A stretch of DNA of 40,323 nucleotides from Acidobacteriota bacterium (GCA_016210985.1 JACQTD010000058.1:1-40323); one strand, 5' to 3'; shown: positions 9,279-18,964, numbered from the stretch's first letter. The notes: generated by a model not told the origin, from the sequence alone. Numbers and translations: made by a program.

Positions 9279-9315
9279 ATAATTGTATTGTCATATGCTA
9301 AGGGTCCTCCGTCAA
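9266..9315 (-). promoter_or_regulatory. Promoter and direct-repeat operator of the AbrB-like gene
   Basis: Minus strand TTGACG (9315-9310), 17 bp, GACAAT (9292-9287); 15-bp direct repeat ATTGTATT(T/G)TCATAT at 9266-9280 and 9282-9296. Confidence 0.55.
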
Positions 9316-9472
9316 GCCCAAATTGAATCGATTGGAGCGTGGCGGGTAGTCGAACTCACTGGTCGTGGTGTTCGCCCTCTTCCCGGCGCCTCTGCGGTCC
9401 TTGCGGGGCGACCGGGCCCTGGGGCAGAATCGCAGGTGCTTCCTCGCTAGCATGAAACTCGGGAGTTTTCGA

Positions 9473-11992
9473 ATGAAGTCCAGGTTCTCTCGCGGGTCGG
9501 CGTCACTCGGTCTCGCATTAATACTCCTTTCTCAAATTCTTTTTGCCCGGCCGTCTTATCCGGTTGTCATCCAACGTGAGGAAATCGCCTCAGCGCGGCG
9601 CGCGCTCGAAGAACGGCACTGGCGGAATCATGATTTTGACCAACAGCACATCCGGCTGGACCTCCGGTTCGACCCGGCGCGCAAGAGTGTAAAGGGAAGC
9701 GTTACCCATACGATCAAGCCGGTAATAGATGGCTTTGAGGTCGTCGAGCTTGATGCGGTCAACCTCGACATCGCCCAGGTTCGACTCGCCGGCGGGTTGC
9801 CCTTGCGATTTGAAGTCTCGAAAGAGCGGCTGAGGATTCATCTGGACCGGGCTTATCGGCGGGATGAATCGATTACCCTCTCCATCGACTACTCCACCAC
9901 CAATCCGAAAAAGGGCATCACGTTCATCGGGCCGGATGCGGGTTATCCCGACCGGCCGCAGCAGCTATGGTCCCAGGGAGAGGCCGAAGAGAGCCGGCAT
10001 TGGATTCCGCTCTATGACCATCCCAATGACAAGGCCACGACCGAGGCACTGATCACCGTCCCTCGGCCACTGACGGCCGTGAGCAACGGGAAGTTGATCG
10101 CGGTGACGGAGGATTCAGACGGCACGCGGACCTTTCACTGGTCCCAATCGAAACCGCACTCCTGCTACCTCATCACTGTTTCGGCGGCGGAGTACGTTGA
10201 AATCCACGACAAAGCTTACCAGGGAATTCCTATCGTCTATTACGCCCTGAAGGAACAAGCCCGCGATACCTTGCGGACCCTGGCCAAGACTCCGGCCATG
10301 ATGGCGTTCTTTGCCGAGAAGATTGGATTTCCATACCCGTGGGAAAAATATGCGACCGTGCTCGCCAGCGGTTTTCCTGGCGCGATGGAGAATACTTCGG
10401 CCACCACGGTGATGGACACCGCAATTCACGATGAGCGGGCGGCGCTCGACGTCACCAGCGATGACATCGCCAGCCATGAGATCGCCCACCAGTGGTGGGG
10501 AAATACCGTTACTTTTCGAAACTGGACGGACTTGTGGCTGAGCGAGGGATTCGCCAGTTATTCCGAGAATCTTTGGGAGGAACACGACCTGGGCTGGGAC
10601 CAGGCCAGCTACTCACGCGGGCAGGAGAACCAGATCTACATCATGCAGGCGCGCCACCGCCTCCGTCCGGTCGTGTACGCCGGGTATGACGATCCTGAAG
10701 AGCTGTTCGACATCACGACCTATAGCAAGGGCGGGGCGGTTGTGCACATGATGCGCTTCGTACTGGGAGACGAGGGATTCTGGAAAGCCTTGCGACATTT
10801 CATCCGCAAGCACGCTTTCGGCAGCGTAGATACAAACGATCTCAAAATCGCCATCAGGGAAGCGACCGGCCAGGACCTCGGATGGTTCTTCGAGGAGTGG
10901 CTTGAAAAGTCCGGATGGCCGGAGTTCGAGGTCAGTTATCGCTACGATGTTTCGAAGCGTGCCATCAGGCTGCGCGTGCGTCAGGTCCAGGAGACGAACG
11001 AACAGGTGCCCGTGTTCCGGATCCCGGTGGAGGTGGAAATCGTTTCCGCTACCGGGAGGCGGCTCGAGCGGGTGATGATCGACCAGAGGGAACACGAATT
11101 CACGCTGGCCACCAGTGCGGAGCCGCTGGCGGTCAATTTCGATCCCCGCAACTGGATCCTCAAAACGGTCAAGTTCAAGAAATCGAAAGCCGAGTGGCTC
11201 TATCAATTGAAGCATGACCCTCAGGCCTTGAACCGGGTCAGGGCGGTAGAGGAACTCAGGGCTTTCCTTGCCGAGGATGAGGTCATCGAAGCGCTTCAAA
11301 ACGCCATGTCGGGAGACAAATTCTGGGCGGTTCGATCCGAGGCTGCTCACGCGCTCGGGGATCAGGAAGGGGAGCGCATCCGGGCAATCCTGATTTCCGG
11401 ACTCAAGGATTCGGACGCCAAAGTCAGACGGGCCGCGGTGACCGGCCTGGCCCGGTACAACGACGAGACTACCATCGGGGAGCTCAAGCGCGTGTTCGCC
11501 CACGATCCCAGTTACTTTGCCTCGGCGGCGGCGGTCTCCGCACTCGCGCAGATCGGCGGGCCGGCGGCACAAGACGTGGTCATGACGGCGCTTCAGCGGG
11601 ATTCGTATCAGGAGGTGATCCGCGCGGCGGGTCTGAACGGGCTGATCGCAATCGAGCATGAGCGCACTCTGGAGATTGCCATGGAGTTTGCGGCGTACGG
11701 TAAACCGGGCATGCTACGGACGGAGGCGATCAGGGCCCTTGGCCGGTTTGGCCAGGGCCGAGGCGAGGTCACCCTGAAGTTGATCGGATTCCTGAAGGAT
11801 CAGTCTACATTCGTCCGCCTCACCACAGTGAGCGCACTCGGTAATCTTGGTGACGAAAGCGCACTTTCGCCCCTGGAGGAGTTGAGCAAGGGAGAAACCG
11901 ATCCCATGCTCCAGGGCGCGGTCCACCAAGCTATCGAACGGATCCAGGCCGCCATGAAGAAGGCGCGGGAAGTTGAAAAGAAGGCGGCCTGA
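9473..11992 (+). CDS. M1-family zinc aminopeptidase with C-terminal HEAT repeats, exported
   Basis: GAMEN, HEIAHQWWG..WLSEGFASY, YSKGG; HEAT-like repeats; signal peptide after ATG 9473 (GGAG RBS). Confidence 0.92.
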   Translation: MKSRFSRGSASLGLALILLSQILFARPSYPVVIQREEIASARRALEERHWRNHDFDQQHIRLDLRFDPARKSVKGSVTHTIKPVIDGFEVVELDAVNLDIAQVRLAGGLPLRFEVSKERLRIHLDRAYRRDESITLSIDYSTTNPKKGITFIGPDAGYPDRPQQLWSQGEAEESRHWIPLYDHPNDKATTEALITVPRPLTAVSNGKLIAVTEDSDGTRTFHWSQSKPHSCYLITVSAAEYVEIHDKAYQGIPIVYYALKEQARDTLRTLAKTPAMMAFFAEKIGFPYPWEKYATVLASGFPGAMENTSATTVMDTAIHDERAALDVTSDDIASHEIAHQWWGNTVTFRNWTDLWLSEGFASYSENLWEEHDLGWDQASYSRGQENQIYIMQARHRLRPVVYAGYDDPEELFDITTYSKGGAVVHMMRFVLGDEGFWKALRHFIRKHAFGSVDTNDLKIAIREATGQDLGWFFEEWLEKSGWPEFEVSYRYDVSKRAIRLRVRQVQETNEQVPVFRIPVEVEIVSATGRRLERVMIDQREHEFTLATSAEPLAVNFDPRNWILKTVKFKKSKAEWLYQLKHDPQALNRVRAVEELRAFLAEDEVIEALQNAMSGDKFWAVRSEAAHALGDQEGERIRAILISGLKDSDAKVRRAAVTGLARYNDETTIGELKRVFAHDPSYFASAAAVSALAQIGGPAAQDVVMTALQRDSYQEVIRAAGLNGLIAIEHERTLEIAMEFAAYGKPGMLRTEAIRALGRFGQGRGEVTLKLIGFLKDQSTFVRLTTVSALGNLGDESALSPLEELSKGETDPMLQGAVHQAIERIQAAMKKAREVEKKAA

Positions 11993-12052
11993 CACGATTC
12001 AGATACCACCCCGCTGGTTTCGGGACCGATTTCGTATGGAGAACAGAAGCAC

Positions 12053-14095
12053 ATGAAACCTTACAAGATCTTGGCATGGCTCATCCTGATCACTACAGCC
12101 CTCACCGGTTGCGTCCTCGCAGCCCAGCAGCGCCCCTTCACCGTCGAGGAGATTTACAAGTTCGCCAGGGTGTCGGACCCCCAGCTTTCGCCCGATGGGA
12201 AGACCGTGGCGTTCGTGATCAATAACGTCGACCTCGATGCCAATCGAGGCAACAGTGATATCTGGCTCGTCCCGGTCACCGGCGGCCCGCCACGACCGCT
12301 TACCAACAGCCCCAGGTCCGATGACCGGCCCCGCTGGTCACCCGACGGACGCCGGATCGCGTTCCAATCGACCCGCGAGGGCACGCCCCAGCTCTTTGTG
12401 ATCGACATTCACGGAGGCGAGGCGCAGAAACTCACTTCGCTTTCCACCGGCGCGACCGGGCACATCTGGTCGCCCGACGGACAGTTGATCGCCTTCCTTT
12501 CGGACGTCTATCCCGATTGCGGCGGCGACGATGCGTGCAACCGGAAGAAGAATGAAGCGAAGGAGAAGGATCCAGTCAAAGCGCGGCTACATGAGCATCT
12601 GCAATATCGCCACTGGGTAGCCTACGACGAGGGCACGCGGACGCATCTCTTCGTCGTTCCATCTTCAGGAGGGACACCGAAGGATCTGACTCCCGGACGA
12701 TGGGACGCGGTCCCCTTCGAGCTCTTCTCTTCGGCCGATGAATACGATTTCTCTCCCGACAGCCGGGAACTGGTCTTCGCGGCCAATCGAACCGAAACGC
12801 CCTGGAGTAACATCAATTGGGATCTCTTCACCGTGCCGGTAACGGGCGGTGACCTGAAACGCGTCACCAGCAACACAGCTCCGGACCAGCAGCCCCGCTA
12901 CTCTCCAGACGGCCGGTTCATCGCCTATCGCGCCGGCCGGCGTTACAACTACGAATCGGACCGCATGGAGTTGATGATCTATGACCGGCAGTCGGGCAGC
13001 TTTCGGAGTTTGACCGCAGGATTCGATCGCTGGGTACAGAATCTCTACTGGGCGCCGGGGAGCAAACGCCTCTATTTCACCGCCGAAGATCAGGGGAATG
13101 TCCCTATCTTCACCGTCTCACTGGAGGGGGATGACGTTAAGACTGTCGTGGGCGGCCGGGCTTGGAACGAGGGCGTCTGCCTGTCGCGTGACGGAAATCT
13201 CCTCGCTTTCACGCGCCGGGATCTGGCGCGGACACCGGAGGTCTATACGGCGACCACGGACGGCAGGACGCCACAGCCGCTGACTGCAATTAATGAAGGG
13301 TTCTTCAGGCAGGTGCGGACCCTCGAGGGTGAGGAGATCCGTTACCGCGGCGCGGGTGGAGCCGAGGTCCATGGATTCGTGATCAAGCCTTCGGGGTTTG
13401 ATCCGGCGAAGAAGTATCCGCTGGTGGTCGTGATTCATGGCGGTCCCCAGCAGATGTTCGGGAATGCGTTCCGATCGGAGTTCCAACTATACGCCGCCGA
13501 AGGCTACGTCGTCTTCTTTCCCAATCCGCGCGGGTCTCCGGGTTATGGCCAGAAGTTCATCGACGAGATTAACCGGGACTGGGACGGAAAAGTGGTTGAT
13601 GACATCATGGCCGGCGTCGATTACATGGTCCAGACGGGCTATGTCGACGCTTCACGCATGTGTGCTACGGGCGGGAGCTTTGGCGGTTTCGTGGTCAATT
13701 GGCTAGAGGGGCATAGCACAAAATTCAAGTGCCTGATTTCGCACGCGGGACTGGCCAATCAGTGGAGCATGTACGGGTCGACGGACGAACTTCATTTTCC
13801 CGAATGGGAATTCGGCGGCCCGCCGTGGGAACAACCGGAGATGTACAATCGGTATTCGCCTGTTTTCTATGCCAAAAACTTCAAGACACCAATGCTGATC
13901 ACGCACGGTGAACTCGATTTCCGCGTGCCCATCACCGAAGGCGAGCAGATGTTCACGGCCCTGCAAAGGCAGGGCGTGCCCTCGAAGATGCTGCGGTTTC
14001 CCGATGAAGGCCACTGGATTCTGAAGCCGAAAAACGCCGCGCTCTGGTATCGCACCATGTTAGATTGGTGCGCCGGGTATCTGAAGTCGCACTGA
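12053..14095 (+). CDS. S9-family (acylaminoacyl/dipeptidyl) peptidase with PD40 propeller, exported
   Basis: WSPDG repeats, IHGGPQ, NPRGSPGYG, GGSFGG nucleophile, HGELDFRV, FPDEGHW. Confidence 0.95.
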   Translation: MKPYKILAWLILITTALTGCVLAAQQRPFTVEEIYKFARVSDPQLSPDGKTVAFVINNVDLDANRGNSDIWLVPVTGGPPRPLTNSPRSDDRPRWSPDGRRIAFQSTREGTPQLFVIDIHGGEAQKLTSLSTGATGHIWSPDGQLIAFLSDVYPDCGGDDACNRKKNEAKEKDPVKARLHEHLQYRHWVAYDEGTRTHLFVVPSSGGTPKDLTPGRWDAVPFELFSSADEYDFSPDSRELVFAANRTETPWSNINWDLFTVPVTGGDLKRVTSNTAPDQQPRYSPDGRFIAYRAGRRYNYESDRMELMIYDRQSGSFRSLTAGFDRWVQNLYWAPGSKRLYFTAEDQGNVPIFTVSLEGDDVKTVVGGRAWNEGVCLSRDGNLLAFTRRDLARTPEVYTATTDGRTPQPLTAINEGFFRQVRTLEGEEIRYRGAGGAEVHGFVIKPSGFDPAKKYPLVVVIHGGPQQMFGNAFRSEFQLYAAEGYVVFFPNPRGSPGYGQKFIDEINRDWDGKVVDDIMAGVDYMVQTGYVDASRMCATGGSFGGFVVNWLEGHSTKFKCLISHAGLANQWSMYGSTDELHFPEWEFGGPPWEQPEMYNRYSPVFYAKNFKTPMLITHGELDFRVPITEGEQMFTALQRQGVPSKMLRFPDEGHWILKPKNAALWYRTMLDWCAGYLKSH

Positions 14096-14097
14096 TG

Positions 14098-14144
14098 GTG
14101 GGAGGGGTCTCCCGACCCCGATGAGGTTCGCGGGTTGCGACCTC
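14098..14144. repeat. REP-like palindrome plus second hairpin after the S9 peptidase
   Basis: GTGGGA followed by GGGGTC-TCCC-GACCCC, then an imperfect GAGGTTCGC/GCGACCTC hairpin. Confidence 0.4.
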
Positions 14145-14234
14145 AAAGCCTATCGCGGAGCGACGCCGGAACAACGGCTTGTTCACGGGTAGCGAAACGT
14201 GGAGATAGATGTTAGGTTATCTTCATCGGTACGC

Positions 14235-14957
14235 ATGAAGATCTATGGACAGCACCGATTCCCCGGCCGCCTCTTTGTCGTCGAAGGCATCGACGGTTCG
14301 GGAAAATCCACCCAGCTATCCCTTCTCCAGCAATGGTTGGCTTCTGAAGGATATGGCACGTTTTTTAGTGAGTGGAACTCTTCCCCGCTCGTGAAGGACA
14401 CGACCCGCCGTGGAAAGCGGAAGCGCATGCTGACGCCCACCACGTTCAGCCTCATTCATGCGACGGACTTCGCCGACCGCACCGAACGGGAGATCATACC
14501 GCCGCTGAAGGCGGGTGCGCTGGTGCTGGCCGACCGTTACATCTACACCGCGTTCGCCCGGGATGTGGTCCGTGGAGTAGATCCGGGATGGGTACGGAAG
14601 CTCTATCAATTCGCCGTGAAGCCGACGATCGGGTTCTATTTCCAGGTTCCGCTCAAGGTCGCCATGAAGCGGATTCTCGGCGGCCGGGATGCCATCAAGT
14701 ATTACGAAGCCGGGATGGATCTCGACTTGAGCGAGGATATCGAAGAGAGTTTCAGGCTGTTTCAAGCGCGCATCATCGAAGAATATGAGAAAATGGTCGA
14801 GGAATTCGGACTGACGGTCATCGATGCCACCCGGTCCATCGAGGAGCAACAAAACGAGGTCCGCGCGCAAATCAAACGCAAGCTGATCGGCGTAAAGAAG
14901 GTAAGGGTACAGCGGTGGGTAAATTTGAGTTCTACGGTTCAGGGCTACCGGGGATAG
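14235..14957 (+). CDS. Thymidylate-kinase-fold P-loop kinase, subunit A (candidate polyphosphate kinase)
   Basis: VEGIDGSGKSTQ, ATDFADR, LADRYIY, YYEAGMDL; lacks the usual TREP motif of dTMP kinases. Confidence 0.85.
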   Translation: MKIYGQHRFPGRLFVVEGIDGSGKSTQLSLLQQWLASEGYGTFFSEWNSSPLVKDTTRRGKRKRMLTPTTFSLIHATDFADRTEREIIPPLKAGALVLADRYIYTAFARDVVRGVDPGWVRKLYQFAVKPTIGFYFQVPLKVAMKRILGGRDAIKYYEAGMDLDLSEDIEESFRLFQARIIEEYEKMVEEFGLTVIDATRSIEEQQNEVRAQIKRKLIGVKKVRVQRWVNLSSTVQGYRG

Positions 14958-15643
14958 ACCTCGAGGAACTTAGCGGCAAGCTTATCGTGCTCGAGGGCAC
15001 GGATGGCGTGGGTCGCTCGACACAAGTTTCGCTGTTAAGACCATGGCTCGAGCACTCCGGTCATGCGGTGATGGACACCGGCATGGCGCGATCCGCCCTC
15101 GCCGGCAAAGGCATTAAGCGCGCTAAGGAGGGTCACACGCTGGGCGGAATCGCGCTGAGCCTTTACTACGCCACGGACTTCGCCGACCGGCTGGAGAACG
15201 AAATGATCCCGGCGTTGCGGGCGGGCTTCATCGTGCTCACCGACCGTTACATATACTCGATGATCGCGCGTGCGATCGTCCGGGGAGCTTCACCGGAGTG
15301 GATCAAACAGGTTTACAGCTTCGCGCTGAAACCGGACGTCATTCTCTATCTCAGGATTTCCCTCGACGACCTGACCCCTCGCGTCCTGCATACCTCGGGG
15401 TTCGATTATTGGGAATCGGGCATGGATCTTCGACTCGGCGAGGATCTCTATGACAGCTTCGTCAGTTACCAGACCGGGCTCCTTCGCGAATTCGACCGGA
15501 TGGCTGAATCTTATGACTTTAAGATTATCGACGGTTCAGGTACGATTGAAGAGACGTTCGGCAAATTGCAGGAGGCGATCACGCCGTTGATCAGGACAAA
15601 GCCCATGTTGGATCTCGCTGCTGAACCGGCCGAAGTTCCGTAG
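14915..15643 (+). CDS. Thymidylate-kinase-fold protein, subunit B (P-loop Lys to Arg)
   Basis: LEGTDGVGRSTQ, ATDFADR, LTDRYIY, YWESGMDL; paralogue of the upstream gene, overlaps it by 43 bp. Confidence 0.85.
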   Translation: MGKFEFYGSGLPGIDLEELSGKLIVLEGTDGVGRSTQVSLLRPWLEHSGHAVMDTGMARSALAGKGIKRAKEGHTLGGIALSLYYATDFADRLENEMIPALRAGFIVLTDRYIYSMIARAIVRGASPEWIKQVYSFALKPDVILYLRISLDDLTPRVLHTSGFDYWESGMDLRLGEDLYDSFVSYQTGLLREFDRMAESYDFKIIDGSGTIEETFGKLQEAITPLIRTKPMLDLAAEPAEVP

Positions 15644-15649
15644 ACATCC

Positions 15650-16636
15650 ATGCGCATTGCCGCGATCGATATTGGATCGAACTCACTTCACCTCCTCATC
15701 GTTCGCGCTGATCCTACCCACCGCTTTCACGTCCTCCATAAGGAGAAGAAAATGATCCGCCTGGGTTCGGGATCGCTCCAGTCGGGAAAGATTCCGACCG
15801 CAGCCGCGGACCGGGCCTTGCGCGCACTGAGACGGTTTTCGGGGAAGTGCCGGAAATACGAGGTAGACGAAATCACGGCCGTCGCCACGAGCGCGATTCG
15901 CGAGTCGCAGAACCGGCAGCACCTTCTGGAGCGCGTCAGGCGGGAAACCGGGATCGTCGTCCGCGTGCTGTCGGGGGAAGAGGAAGGGCGTCTGATCGCC
16001 CTCGCCGTCTCCCGCTTCAATCGATCCCACGCGCTGAAGGATCTGATCATCGACATCGGCGGCGGGAGCACCGAGTTGATCGTCACGTCAGCCGGCAAAC
16101 CCTCCTATCTCAACTCCCTCAAGCTGGGATCGGTGCGCCTCACCGAGCGATTCCTCGAGAGTGATCCGCCCGCCCGGGAAGAACTTGCACAACTCCGCCG
16201 TTATGTACGGCGGCTGCTCGAAGAGCCGGCGGCCAGCATCAGGGCCGAAGGGTTCGACCGGGTAGTCGGCACTTCAGGCACGATTCGCGCGCTGGCAAGG
16301 ATGTGCTTGTGGACCGGAGATTCGCCGGGTGATTTGCGCCGGGCGGGACTGGCGTTCGGCACTCAAGCGCTTCAGGACTTGAACCGGCGCCTCTGCAAGC
16401 TGGCGCTGGCGCAGCGATCGGAACTGCCCGGACTCCCCGGACGGCGGGCCGATATCATCGTGGCCGGCGGATTGTTGCTCGAGGAGACCATGGCGGCGAT
16501 CGGCCTCGATCGGCTGACGACTTGCCCCTGGGCCCTTCGCGAGGGGGTGCTGCTCAGCTCGCTGCGGGCAAACGGCCTGCTCGATGCGCGATGGTCAACC
16601 AGGCCCATGGCGGGAAAATTACGCATTTCGGCCTGA
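15650..16636 (+). CDS. ppx: Ppx/GppA exopolyphosphatase, short form
   Basis: IDIGSNSLHL, VATSAIRE, LSGEEEG, DIGGGSTE, GTSGT, RADII, LREG; no C-terminal HD domain. Confidence 0.92.
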   Translation: MRIAAIDIGSNSLHLLIVRADPTHRFHVLHKEKKMIRLGSGSLQSGKIPTAAADRALRALRRFSGKCRKYEVDEITAVATSAIRESQNRQHLLERVRRETGIVVRVLSGEEEGRLIALAVSRFNRSHALKDLIIDIGGGSTELIVTSAGKPSYLNSLKLGSVRLTERFLESDPPAREELAQLRRYVRRLLEEPAASIRAEGFDRVVGTSGTIRALARMCLWTGDSPGDLRRAGLAFGTQALQDLNRRLCKLALAQRSELPGLPGRRADIIVAGGLLLEETMAAIGLDRLTTCPWALREGVLLSSLRANGLLDARWSTRPMAGKLRISA

Positions 16637-16724
16637 GCTTTCACAAGTCGCCTGACGCCGACGGCTTGCAATTTTCCGGGCCCGACGGGACGGCAGATCA
16701 GACGAAGCCCGCGGACCCTGCCCG

Positions 16725-17201
16725 ATGGTCAAGTTTAAGCCTGAAGACGGCGTCACGCTCGCGACGCCCCTCCACCAATGCGCCAGCCAGCTCATCCGGC
16801 GGCGCCTTGAGAGCATGTGGAAACGGAAGCCGGTTGTGCTCACCCGCGCGGATCCTGAGGGTGTGCACCAGATGCGCGTGGCCTCCCGCCGATTGCGGGC
16901 GGCCTTGGCCGATTTGAGCGGCGCGCTCCCGGAAAAGGGGGAACGAAAGCTGAGACGGCGTCTCCGCGCCCTCACCGACGCCCTCGGGGCCGTCCGCGTC
17001 CTGGATGTTCTTCTGGGATCGCTCCAGATCAAACGAACTAAGCTTCCGCCGCGGCTGCGCACGGGCGTGGACCCGCTCATCCGCAGATACCGGCGGGAGC
17101 GTACCCTTCGGCACCGGGAATTGACGTCGTTACTCGGCCAGCTCGACGAGATGGAATTCGAGAAGCGGTTCCATCGTTGGCTGAAGCCCGGAGGCAGGTG
17201 A
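16725..17201 (+). CDS. CHAD-domain protein, N-terminal-half type
   Basis: EGVHQMRVASRRLRAAL..LGAVRVLDV; very Arg/Lys rich; 158 aa. Confidence 0.85.
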   Translation: MVKFKPEDGVTLATPLHQCASQLIRRRLESMWKRKPVVLTRADPEGVHQMRVASRRLRAALADLSGALPEKGERKLRRRLRALTDALGAVRVLDVLLGSLQIKRTKLPPRLRTGVDPLIRRYRRERTLRHRELTSLLGQLDEMEFEKRFHRWLKPGGR

Positions 17202-17208
17202 TCGTGGC

Positions 17209-17766
17209 ATGAAAGCCGTGAAGCTCCCCTCCGTCGGTCCGGCGGAGACCCTCGGACAAGCGGCTGCGAAAATCCTCTCCGTCCGTCTTCGTGAGACCTG
17301 GTCAAGGGTGCGCCCGGTGATGAAGCGCGGCCGTGCGGAGGCGCTTCACCGGTTTCGAATCGCCATCAAGCGTCTCCGATACTCCATGGAGATTTACGCA
17401 CCCCTTCTCGGCGCTGAATTCCACGACGTGCTGGCAGAGATCAAGAACGCTCAGGACATCCTTGGACAGTTGCATGATCGGGACATGGCACTGGAGCGAC
17501 TGGCCGATTATCGTGCGAAGGTCATTGCCGTGCCCGCCAGGGCTCGGAATTCATCCGGATACCCGAAGGGCAGAGTGCTGGAGGAGCGGGCACTCGCGAA
17601 ACTGGCTACGGACTACCAGCGGGAACGTGACCTCCTGTACCGGAGGTTTCTATCAAATTGGCGCAGGATGGGTCGGTCCCGCATACGGGCCAGACTGCTC
17701 CACGCGCTCACGGTTCAGGCTCAACCTGCTCCCTCTCGGGGACGAAGACCGGCCACCTCAAGGTGA
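17209..17766 (+). CDS. CHAD-domain protein, C-terminal-half type
   Basis: EALHRFRIAIKRLRYSME..QDILGQLHD; 185 aa. Confidence 0.85.
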   Translation: MKAVKLPSVGPAETLGQAAAKILSVRLRETWSRVRPVMKRGRAEALHRFRIAIKRLRYSMEIYAPLLGAEFHDVLAEIKNAQDILGQLHDRDMALERLADYRAKVIAVPARARNSSGYPKGRVLEERALAKLATDYQRERDLLYRRFLSNWRRMGRSRIRARLLHALTVQAQPAPSRGRRPATSR

Positions 17767-18964
17767 ATCGCGACCCACGCGCCGGCTGGCTCTCCACCTC
17801 GATCTGCGCGCCCTGGGCGCGCACCAGGTGCTTCACAATGGAAAGCCCGAGGCCGGTTCCGCCGCGTTCGGTAGATCGCGACTTGTCAGCACGGTAGAAC
17901 CGCTCGAAGATGCGGGGCAAGTCGGAACTGGATATCCCGATCCCCGAATCCTCGATGTCGATGACCACCACCTGACCGTCCCGGGAAGCACGAATGCAAA
18001 CCTCCCCTCCGGACTGGTTGAACTTAATCCCGTTATCCGCAAGATTGAGCAAGACCTCTTCGAATCGCTTCGGATCGGCCAGAATCATCAGTCCCGGAGG
18101 CACGTCGCATCGGATGGCCACGTTGAATTCCTGCGCGCGAGGCGAGAGCGTCCCGGCGATCTCCGCTACCACTTGCGACAGGTCGACCGCGCAGGGTTCC
18201 AGGCGGAGACTACCAGACTCGATGGCCGAGAGGGAGGATATATCCTCCACCAGGTTGGTCAATCGCTGAGCGTTGCGTCGTATGGTTTCCAAAAAGCGGG
18301 TGTTGTTCTCCTCATCCTCCAATCCGCCGTCCAGAAGCGTATCCGCATAAGCCGTGATCGAGGTGATCGGGGTCCGCAATTCGTGCGAGACGTTGGTAAG
18401 GAACTCCTGCCGGACTCGCTCCAATTCCTCAAGGCGGGTGATATCGAGGAACACACCCGCCGCGCGGTTTCCCGGCAGCGGGGTGATCCTCAGCGAGAAT
18501 GATCGCGCTTCCACGCCGGCGTATACCGTCACCTGACCCTCGTAGCGCGTCTGACTCATGACGGCGGCCTGAAAGGCGTCGTAGATCGGCTTCTCCCGCG
18601 TTACCTCGGCAAGCCGTTTCCCTCGTAGCGCGTCAGCCGGCTGATGAAATATCGCTGCCGCCGCGGTGTTGGCGAAAAACAATTTGAGGTCCAGGTCGAC
18701 GACTACTACGCCGTCGTGCGCCCGGTCGAGAATCGACTGCAACCAGGCCCGACGCTCCTGCTCCGCCAGGATCCGCCCCGAGAGAAGATCGAACTGCCGG
18801 AGCACTTCGTATCGGATGTCCTGATCGTCCAGGGCGCCTTCCAGTTTCGGAACACGTCCCGCCAGGTCAAGTTTCCAGGCTCGCTGCCGCATGCGTTCAC
18901 GACGAAGAAAGATCAGGGTCACGAGGCCCCCGGCCACCAAAGCTGTTAGAAGCACCGTAGTCAT
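17708..18964 (-). CDS. phoR: PhoR-like PAS sensor histidine kinase
   Basis: DITRLEELERVRQEFLTNVSHELRTPITSI, NLADNGIKFN, DSGIGI, RIFERFYRADKSRS..GGTGLGLSIVKH; Pho context. Confidence 0.88.
   Translation of the reverse strand: MTTVLLTALVAGGLVTLIFLRRERMRQRAWKLDLAGRVPKLEGALDDQDIRYEVLRQFDLLSGRILAEQERRAWLQSILDRAHDGVVVVDLDLKLFFANTAAAAIFHQPADALRGKRLAEVTREKPIYDAFQAAVMSQTRYEGQVTVYAGVEARSFSLRITPLPGNRAAGVFLDITRLEELERVRQEFLTNVSHELRTPITSITAYADTLLDGGLEDEENNTRFLETIRRNAQRLTNLVEDISSLSAIESGSLRLEPCAVDLSQVVAEIAGTLSPRAQEFNVAIRCDVPPGLMILADPKRFEEVLLNLADNGIKFNQSGGEVCIRASRDGQVVVIDIEDSGIGISSSDLPRIFERFYRADKSRSTERGGTGLGLSIVKHLVRAQGAQIEVESQPARGSRFTLRWPVFVPEREQVEPEP

Noticed and set aside
14235-15643. Calling the pair ordinary tmk genes
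   Set aside because: Missing TREP motif, altered P-loop in the second copy, tandem arrangement and polyP context argue against it; no gene symbol assigned.
17333-18502. 389-aa plus-strand ORF opposite phoR, and similar shadows such as 29786-31084 and 10613-11659
   Set aside because: Fully overlap confident genes on the other strand; no recognisable domains.
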